From Candidatus Magasanikbacteria bacterium RIFCSPHIGHO2_01_FULL_41_23 (GTDB lineage Bacteria; Patescibacteriota; Patescibacteriia; Magasanikbacterales; UBA922): a stretch of 39,089 nt of DNA. The translations under genes were made by a program, and so were the position numbers. Shown here one piece after another: positions 26,918 through 35,400 of the stretch. Location: positions 1-39,089 of the forward strand of contig MFPT01000004.1 of NCBI GenBank assembly GCA_001782805.1. Direction: 5' to 3'. The notes beneath the pieces are model-generated. The model had not been told where the DNA came from and did no database searches. It saw only the letters and a list, made by a program, of their open reading frames with translations. How positions within the stretch are numbered: the stretch's first letter is position 1; the number at the start of each line of letters is the position of its first letter.

Positions 26918-26946
26918 AATATACTATACAAGATTTTCTTTGTCAA
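26918..26946 (-). promoter_or_regulatory. pro operon promoter
   Basis: TTGACA (26946-26941), 17-nt spacer, TATATT (26923-26918). Confidence 0.8.
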
Positions 26947-27035
26947 TAAAGTTTAAACAAAAAATGCTTTTGTTGGAGGGGGGGTCAGAGCGTCGCAACA
27001 ATCGTGCTAAGCCCTGACCAGAGTCACCACAGTCA

Positions 27036-27503
27036 CTACTTTAGGAACACACGCTTGATTTCCCGGCGATTATCCTCAAACGCTGTCCGAGAATGAAGCA
27101 CACGCCAGTTGTCCCAGATCAGGAATGAGTTGCACTGGTAGAAGAACGCAACATGATGTTCATTGAACCAGTAGAAGCACTGCTTCATGATCGCAGTCAT
27201 AACGGGATCATGACTGTATTGCATGCAGTTGTAGCTGTAACGCAGGAGTTCCTCACCATCGAGGGTTTCCAAAAATGGATGAACAGCCACCATTCCCAGT
27301 CCACTCGACTGGATACCTGAACTCGAGACGAACTGGTAGGACTGGTTCCGACAATAGTCACGTTGCTCTTCGGTGAGTGTGGCCAAAGCAACGTGATCCA
27401 CTCCATCGTCGATCTTGGAGAGGAACAACCACCCTTGACGCGCGAGCTCGCGCTTCCACTCAACCAGTTGTTCTGTACACGGCAACCTGTGCAGTGTTCT
27501 CAT
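27036..27503 (-). CDS. Short TauD/TfdA-like 2OG-Fe(II) dioxygenase fragment, possibly a pseudogene
   Basis: C-terminal LIWDNWRVLHSRTAF...REIKRV motif. No HxD ligand motif in the expected N-terminal part. Confidence 0.65.
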   Translation of the reverse strand: MRTLHRLPCTEQLVEWKRELARQGWLFLSKIDDGVDHVALATLTEEQRDYCRNQSYQFVSSSGIQSSGLGMVAVHPFLETLDGEELLRYSYNCMQYSHDPVMTAIMKQCFYWFNEHHVAFFYQCNSFLIWDNWRVLHSRTAFEDNRREIKRVFLK

Positions 27504-27591
27504 GACTTTTTCTCCTTATAAAAACAGATATAAAAATTGTATCATTATAATTATCGATAATCAAATTTTTTCCCAATATTATTTAGCTTGA

Positions 27592-27753
27592 TAATAAGTC
27601 CGTCTCCCCAATTGATCATGACGCGTTTGGTTGGCATGTGGTTCATGGTGAGCGAAGTCGAACCATTATGATCGGCCCCGACATAAAGTCGGGGTAAACT
27701 CCGGCAAAGAAGTCGGCGACTGCGGTGAAACTGCCACGGCTTATGAGGGGATC
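27592..27753 (-). pseudogene. Remnant copy of the giant gene's 3' region (matches 30022-30136) carrying two palindromic insertions
   Basis: Direct alignment by eye, including a 37-nt exact block TAATAAGTCC...ACGCGTTT. Confidence 0.9.
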
Positions 27754-27757
27754 GATG

Positions 27758-27943
27758 TCAACTTTGATTATACCGTTCAATTAATTTTCGCTGATCTTCA
27801 TTGGCACCATTGATTGCGCCCATTATTAATTTTCGTTTTTCTGCTTCTGATGCGGTACGAAAAAATTCCCCGGCACTGGCTTGCGTTGAACTTGTTGAGA
27901 TATCCTTGACCGGTGAAAATATTTTTTTGAAAAACCGGATCAT
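27758..27943 (-). CDS. Small hypothetical protein
   Basis: 61-aa ORF directly downstream of the HEPN gene on the same strand. Confidence 0.55.
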   Translation of the reverse strand: MIRFFKKIFSPVKDISTSSTQASAGEFFRTASEAEKRKLIMGAINGANEDQRKLIERYNQS

Positions 27944-27961
27944 ACTACATCAAACCAAAGT

Positions 27962-28321
27962 TTATTTATTATCTGAATCAATTTTCTTTTGAATTTTTTT
28001 AATTAAGCGTTCCAGCTTAGGTATCTCAACTTGACAAACATTCCAAGATAAAGCCAGATCAACATGATAATACTCGTGAATTAATATATCACGCATTCCA
28101 CTAATACTCTTCCAAGGAATTTCCGGATGCTCTGTGCGTAACATGGTGGGTAGTGATTTGACTATTTCTCCGATGATTTCTATACGACGATTTACGCAAT
28201 CCTGTGCTTTTATTGATCCTAAAAAATCCTTATAATCTAATCCATTAATGTAGTCATAGATCAGTTCACAAGATACTAATATATCCTGTAACAGAACAGA
28301 TACCATTCGTACTTTTTTCAT
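27962..28321 (-). CDS. HEPN (DUF86/HepT-like) ribonuclease toxin
   Basis: IEIIGE, PEIPWKSISGMRDILIHEY (Rx4H). Confidence 0.92.
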   Translation of the reverse strand: MKKVRMVSVLLQDILVSCELIYDYINGLDYKDFLGSIKAQDCVNRRIEIIGEIVKSLPTMLRTEHPEIPWKSISGMRDILIHEYYHVDLALSWNVCQVEIPKLERLIKKIQKKIDSDNK

Positions 28322-28629
28322 AGTAAAGCAACAAAATCTTTTTCAATATTTTTTTTCAAGGCTGGGTGTATGCTTCCCGGCGTACCGACATCCACCTTAC
28401 GTCCCAATTTTTCTTGTAACGAATCGCGGAGCCCAACAAGATCAAATAAACTTTTTTGTCCTTTAAATTCTATAATAATATCAATATCACTTTTACTCGT
28501 TGCCTCACCACGCGCGTATGAACCGAACAAATGAGCTTTTTTGACGTCAAAGTTCACAAAAACCGGTCTGGCTTTTGCTTGAATGTCAGATAGAGTTAAA
28601 ATTGATTTTTGTTTGACAATTTTTTTCAT
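28318..28629 (-). CDS. Minimal nucleotidyltransferase (MNT/MntA-like) antitoxin
   Basis: LFGSYARGEATSKSDIDII and LGRKVD; 4-nt ATGA-type overlap region with the HEPN gene (28318-28321). Confidence 0.93.
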   Translation of the reverse strand: MKKIVKQKSILTLSDIQAKARPVFVNFDVKKAHLFGSYARGEATSKSDIDIIIEFKGQKSLFDLVGLRDSLQEKLGRKVDVGTPGSIHPALKKNIEKDFVALL

Positions 28630-28859
28630 ATATTTTTATTTTACTACACAAGTTCTAAATCGTCAAAATTCAGATATTCAAGGAAATGTTTATCCCCACA
28701 TTTCTTGACTTTCAGTATAAAACACTATCTAATACGTTTATGTTGTTCTTTCCTAATTTAGGTGAGGCCTAAGCAGACACAGAAAAATGGTGCGCCACTG
28801 TGTTGTGGAAAATGTCCCGATTTTTATCGGGATAATTTCCGCGACATAGGAGGTTTATC

Positions 28860-29336
28860 ATGACGCGGTTGTTCGTCGCCCTCCTGGTTTTGGGGGGTGG
28901 CAGTTTCGTCGGCTGTGATCAGTCGACTTCCAGCTCCACTGATGGAGCACTGGTTGCCGCCAACCATGACATCAACTCGAGTCCGGCGGCGGACTCCAAC
29001 CCCTCGACAAGCTCGGGGCAAGCGACCGCGGGTCAAGATGACCTGGCCACGTCCACTGACGTGGACAACACTGAAGACGGTGTGACTGACTCCCCTGCGG
29101 TTGAGGATTCTGCCTGCGATCCTCTCGCTACGATCTTCCGTGAGGGGATGATGCTGCTGTGTAAGCCATTCGAAGTGGCTTGCTTCCTACATCTGGATCT
29201 GGCATCCTGCCTGTGGTCCTGCGGGGAGTATCCGAATGGAGATCCCCCTCTCCAATCGAAAGACATCCCGCAGGATCCTCTCACCATCACCCCCGAGAAT
29301 CTCGCTAAGGATCAATGCGAAATTCTCAAGGAGTAG
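28860..29336 (+). CDS. Putative secreted protein/lipoprotein with a Ser/Thr/Asp linker and a Cys-containing C-terminus
   Basis: AGGAGG SD; signal peptide ending FVGC; GC-rich. Confidence 0.7.
   Translation: MTRLFVALLVLGGGSFVGCDQSTSSSTDGALVAANHDINSSPAADSNPSTSSGQATAGQDDLATSTDVDNTEDGVTDSPAVEDSACDPLATIFREGMMLLCKPFEVACFLHLDLASCLWSCGEYPNGDPPLQSKDIPQDPLTITPENLAKDQCEILKE
29000..29022. repeat. Family-1 element in frame (encodes PSTSSGQ)
   Basis: CCCC-TCGACAAGCTC-GGGG-CAAG. Confidence 0.6.
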
Positions 29337-29401
29337 CCGTGACTCTTTCAAAAACACGGCGCAATTCATTGAATTAAATTAATTTAGAATAGTGAATTAA
29401 T

Positions 29402-29429
29402 AAAAATCCCCAAGTACACGGGGATTTTT
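29402..29429. terminator. Bidirectional terminator between convergent genes
   Basis: AAAAATCCCC-AAGTACAC-GGGGATTTTT. Confidence 0.8.
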
Positions 29430-29458
29430 ATTTTAATAGTTAATGTGTAATATGAGGT

Positions 29459-32400
29459 TTATGGCACAACCACTATTGTACCTTTATACTTAATGAATGA
29501 ATCAGGGTTAGTTGAGTCACACAGGTCATTTACACCCCCCGTATTTTTTGGTACAGCCGTATAACACCCCGTATTCCCCGCCCCATTACAACTCCCCGTA
29601 CACCATCCCCAGTTATCCAGTATCTGAATTTTGGGTTTGAAGATACAGACAAAAGGATTGGCACTGGCCGTGTATCCTTGTTTTTTAAGGGCATCCCAGA
29701 TTTTTGATTCAATGTTAGTACCCTGACCATTATTCAATTCATTAAATTTATACACATAGTCGGCATCAATATCGGCGTCAGCTTGGGAACACGAATATCC
29801 ATGAACATATTCAAAGTAATTGGCTTCGCAGGCGCGAGTGGAATTACCAAAGTTGTGGCCATTGATGGTACAGGTTTCACTCGTGAGTGGACAATCTTCT
29901 TTAACTAGGCAGGTTACTTGTTTAGAAACGCTACATTCACCGACTTTTGGATTGGGATCAGTATCATCGGTGAGACAGAATGGTTTTTTATTTTTATATT
30001 CTCCGTATTGATTTTGATTGGTAATAAGTCCGTCTCCCCAATTGATCATGACGCGTTTGATGGGCATACGATTGTGGTCGGCAAAGGCAAAGAAGTCGGC
30101 GACTGCAGTTAAACTGCCACGGTTTATGAGGGGATCAGCTAGACCATCTTTATCTATGTCTTCGTTGATGGTGCCATTGTGACGATTGATAGTAAATGCG
30201 TTTGATTCGGCGGGAATACATTTTTGAGTATTGTCGCTGGAATAACAACGGTTTATATTTAATGAATAAATTTGTGGAGGCTGTGCCATTAAAACACTAA
30301 TGTTGTTCGTGCTTGAATCACCAATACCAAGAGCGTATGTTACATCAGACCAACTCACACTCCCAGATTTACTATTAAAATTAAATTCTTTAAAAATTTT
30401 GTTAAATAAATTACCTAGGTGAATTTTACCCTGATAATAGAAAGTCTCATTTTCTGGACCAATCTGACTATAAATTTTAGCATTGGGATTTTCTGGTTTG
30501 TTACACGAATAACTATCCCAAAAACTGTAATTTGATTTCACTACAAGTATTTGTTCAAAACTGACTGCGGTTCCTTTCAGTTTTTGATCTAATACATCAC
30601 CAGTACAACTAAAAAACGCTCCGTCAACAGCAGGATCATCAAAGATGTAATGCCTTAAAACATTCTCCCAACCAGAACTTGAAAGTGAAGTCAAAGAAAG
30701 ATTAAGTGAACCAAATGGAGGAAGATCAACATTGCGATTAATAGAAGGTATATTTGGATTATTACTACTGTAATCAGAATCAGAAAATACGTCTTTCCAT
30801 ACACGATTCGTCCAAGCCTTGTTTCTAGTTACAGCAGAATCAGTAGGATTTTCATCATAAACTTGAACAAATTCAGTACAGCGTGGTTTAAGTTCAACAA
30901 TCTCGGCAAAATACGGAGTCGCAAAAGATACGTCTGATTTCCAGCCAAAATATGTTTCCAGCCATTTATAATTATCAGCGTAGTCAATCTGATTACTACA
31001 ATATTTTTTCACACCATTTTTGTCAAAATTACAATAAATAAGCACAAATGAATGGGTGGGCACGAACGTCCACGAATTTTGATAATTCACTGTATTTTCA
31101 CCAGCCAATTCATCCATCCATCTCTTAAAAAAATCAAGGGGTTTCTTTGCTAAATCTAAATCCTCTTGTCCAAAATGCATTTTGTTTAATTGAGTGCCTT
31201 CATCAGACAAAGCAATTGCGCCGTATATAGTTTCATCTTTATGGTCACCATCCGAAATTTCCATAATCTTAAATACAAATAAACCACTTTGCTTGTTTTC
31301 AAAACCGTTAATGTAGTATGTATACTTATATTTAATATTTTTTAGTGTGGTTGGTCCGTATTCTCCACTAAAATTCGGATCAGTCGTATTTAGTTTATCG
31401 AAGTCGATAGTCATAACCTGAGCTGTATTGATATTTTTCATAATGTTTGGTGGAGCCAAAATCGGACCAAACTTTAGTTTGGCAATTTCATCTTTATACA
31501 TCGTAACATCGCTAGTTATATTGTAACTTTTTCCATATTGCGTAGTTGTCTTAAAAAAAGATATTTCCGATTCTGGAAAATCACTAGGTTTTTCATATTT
31601 TGAAATACTAAGCTTAGTGCATTGACCTTCGACTGTTGTCTGAGGACAAGAAGACCAAGATTGTTGATATTTATAAACAGTTGGACAATAATATTGCCCA
31701 GTTTCTGGATCTTGTTGTTCTGGTCCTTCGCAAAATTTTTGTCCCCCTTTTATATCAGGTTCACTTTTAACAGACACAGTCCTCTCTTTTAAAAAAGTAA
31801 AATACGTATTAAACGAAAGTCCTGATGTAAACAAAACAACAGCACTGGAATTGGTAACTGAAAAATTCTTGGTAGGAATTTTATTTTTTCCTTGTGTATC
31901 AAAATCCTGTGGAGACATAAAACCATTTTCACCAGGCTTAGGGAAACTTGTTTCGTTATACACGCCTGAAGTAAAGGAGCCATCCGTTCCAACAATTGTG
32001 TAAGCATTGTCCGTGATGTTTGGAAATGGTTTTAATTCTGCACCAGACCATGCCCACATTTGGGCTACAGCGTAAGAACGATTTTTAAAATCATCTGGAT
32101 TGGATATATTTTTATAAGCACCTGTATAGGAATTTAAATTGTTAAATGGATAATCATCCGCTGGATTAAAATTATTGGGAAAACTATTTGTATTCAACAC
32201 CCCCAATCCATTCCCACTCGCCTCAGTACAATACACTTTTCCAAATTCACCGATTTTTTCACCGGTAACACTCAATTTGACCGCATCTTCTGCGGGATAA
32301 TAGCCAGCTCCGGGAAATTTGTTATATTGATCAAAATTCGTCGCCGCCGTATCAGTGGGTAACCACGTAAGACAAGCATATTCATTGGTTGCGAGATTAA

Positions 32401-35400
32401 TCGGACGACTAAAATCGCGTTCCAAACAAAAACCGCGCAAACCAGTGTGCGTTTCCACATCACGCACTCGACTACAGACTCCGGGAATAGTAACTGCGCC
32501 AGCTGCGCCAGCACTACTGCATTCCGCGTCATTATTACAAGCTTGACCCGCTTTATCACCCACCAAATCCGAACAAATACCTTGGGGATACTCGGTGGTG
32601 TTCGCGGTGCGATAATCAGTTACGCCATTTTTGTAGGTTATTTTTTTGTACTCGCACGAACAATCACCATTTTGGCAATAATTGGCGCGCTCAAAACCGG
32701 AAAGATTTGCTTGAGACTCAAGACGAGTATACTTGGGATCTATTTGATTGATAGCAAAAGCCTGATATTTTTTCCCTTCATCCAAATTTTCTATAATACT
32801 ACTGGCAAACGGACTGGTTTTTTCGGGAAAGGCTTTGCATGATCCGATTTCCAAATATTTGGCGGCAGTGGTTGTGGAATTTACGGTATCGGGGAATGAG
32901 CCGTACAATGGATAAATACATTTTTTCTCATAACATCGTCCGCCAAAATCATTAAAACCACATTTTGCCCATTCATTTTTACTTTTACAACTATAGGTTT
33001 CAATATCGATCTGATTATTCCCCAAAACAGCCGGATTGAACAAAAATGCCAAATAAGCCACTGCGTCACCATCAAACACGACTGAAATGGTGTTACCAAT
33101 CCGATATTTATTAAATAATGAATAGCCGGAATAATCTTCACCATACCAAGAAACATCGCGGCCAACATAGGCCTCTTCGGTCAAACGATTAATGTCATCG
33201 GTGCTGAGTGGACTCCAATTAGTGCAACTGGAGCCAACTTCAGTGGCGCGACAGGCTTTATATTGAGCGCAAATGGTGCGTTGTTTTCCGGTTTGATCAG
33301 TCACGCGCACTTTGTCTTTGCATCCCAGCCATTCGCTACAGGATCGGTCACGATTAACTTTCAGTAAAACATTGGTGTCAGTCGCGCCGGTAGTAATAGG
33401 GTCAATCGGTCCATATTTATCAGTGCCTTGGGCATTGACGCCATCACTTATTTTATATGTTTCGGCCGCGTTGTATCTTAATGTGGGATTATTGGTCGCA
33501 TTAAAAAGCGCGCAACCTTGTTTGAGATTAACTTTGCCCTCACATTGTCCCGCGTCTTGGAGTAATTTTTGGTTAAAAATAACATAATACGATTTACCGG
33601 AGTCGAGGGGCTTGCCCTGAGCGTAGTCGAGGGGCTTGCCCTGAGCGTAGTCGAGGGGATCAATTAATTCCGTGCATTGATTATATTGTTCGGCGCAACG
33701 GCCAACCGCGCCATTATATTCGGCTGATTTATTTGACCAAATGCCATATTCGCCTCCAGCAATTAAATAATTACTGTAACAAGGCACAGCGCCAACGCCG
33801 GTACATGATTCACCGCTTTCACAATCACTGGTTTCTTTACATAAATTATTGCTACTGCTTTTGGCCGGATCAGTGGCGCTACATTTGCCCACTCCTTCTT
33901 GGAACCAGCCCGCATACTCAAATCCTTTGGTTTTTTCTTTGTATGAACAAATTGCCGATCCCGAAGCAGTGGGATCTTTAAAATAATCAATATTATTGTC
34001 TGATTTAAAAGCACTGCAACCAAGCTGTTCTTGCGCACACAAAATTTGCTCATAATTTTCCGGATTATTTTTTATATAACTTTCCGTAAATTTATACGCG
34101 CTTGTGGCTGTGCTGTTGGGAATTATATGATCTTCCAACGCGATTTTTTGACAGCCAACGTTACTCGTATCACAGGCATAACGTTGACGATAACTTAAAT
34201 AAATGGGTGAACTCGTGGGAGTATCGGCCGGTATAATTATGGTTGATTTAACAATGGTGCTTGGCACTTGAGTTAATAACGCCGTATAGACGGCTGATTC
34301 CAACGCGACTTTTGGGATAAAACAACCGGTTTCTCCGAACAGCACATCACAAGAACCAAGTTCATTGGAACCAACTTTTAAAGTACATTTGGTATTTTGC
34401 GTTCCTGTACACCACAAATTAAAAGCCGTGGTGTCGTGTTCATTAACAGTATTCTGCAAATCATAGAATGCGGTACAGCCCACAGCGTCTTCTCGGCACA
34501 GTCGATCAAAACCGGTAATGGCCAAGGGATTATTTAGACTGTCAGTATACGCGCGACAACCCAAAGCGCTCCCCGGCAAACCATCGGTGGGATTGGCATC
34601 ACAGGTTAACGGAACATCGGCCTGAACAGTTGTTCCATTATCCAAAGCAACCACTTGTTTCCAAGAATTTTTAATTAAATAGAGTTTTTCTTTTACTTTT
34701 GTCAGACGAAGATTATCCAAATAATACGCGCCGTTTACTCCGGACATTGCAGTACGAGTAATACGCAAAACTATTTTGCGAGTGCCATCGCCGGTAAATT
34801 GAACCGGACCAACCCGATATGATTGCCAAGTTTGACTAATCGGTACTTTGACGGTTTGAGCGGTTACGGGATCATAAGTAAAATTACCAACAATTTTATC
34901 CGTTGAGGGAGTAACTCCTTTTTCCACAAAAGAAATTTCCAAATTTTGTTGTACGCCGCGAGACCAAAATTCCAACTCATAAAATTTATCTGTTTCCAGC
35001 GTGCTCGTAACAAATGTATATTCAGCCTGATCAATATTTATTTCCAAAGAGTTTTGACCAACGGTCAATGATTCCGGTTTGACCAGTAAACCCGAACTCC
35101 ATCCGGCCAAAAGATCAGTCAACGCAGTCGGTGAATTATCTTCCGGCTCAAATTTTTGTTCCGATATGCTTTGAATGGTATTGGCGGCCGGACCAGTGTA
35201 CGCGCGACAATTGTTGGCTTCCGGCACGCAGGAATTATTTTTACCCGGCTGAGATGTTGTCCAATAAATACAAACGCCATTGTTATATATGCCGCCATTG
35301 TAACAGAGTTGGCATTTTTGTAGAGCAGGAGCTCCATCATCCCATTTGCCACCTTTGGCCTCACACATTAATTCATTCTGCTGACTTAAGGCCAAATCTA

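Noticed and set aside
26795-26946. T-box riboswitch upstream of proA
   Set aside because: The leader is only about 115 nt, with no Stem I/specifier loop and no UGGNACC T-box bulge. A leader peptide explains it better.
27592-30136. Repeat pair as a DGR template/variable repeat
   Set aside because: The differences are not adenine-specific (ACT/ACC, GAC/GAT, CAC/CAT, CCC/CCA, CGT/CAC), many are synonymous, there are insertions, and no reverse transcriptase is present.
33601-33658. CRISPR-like array
   Set aside because: The units are head-to-tail identical with no unique spacers, lie inside a CDS, and there are no cas genes.
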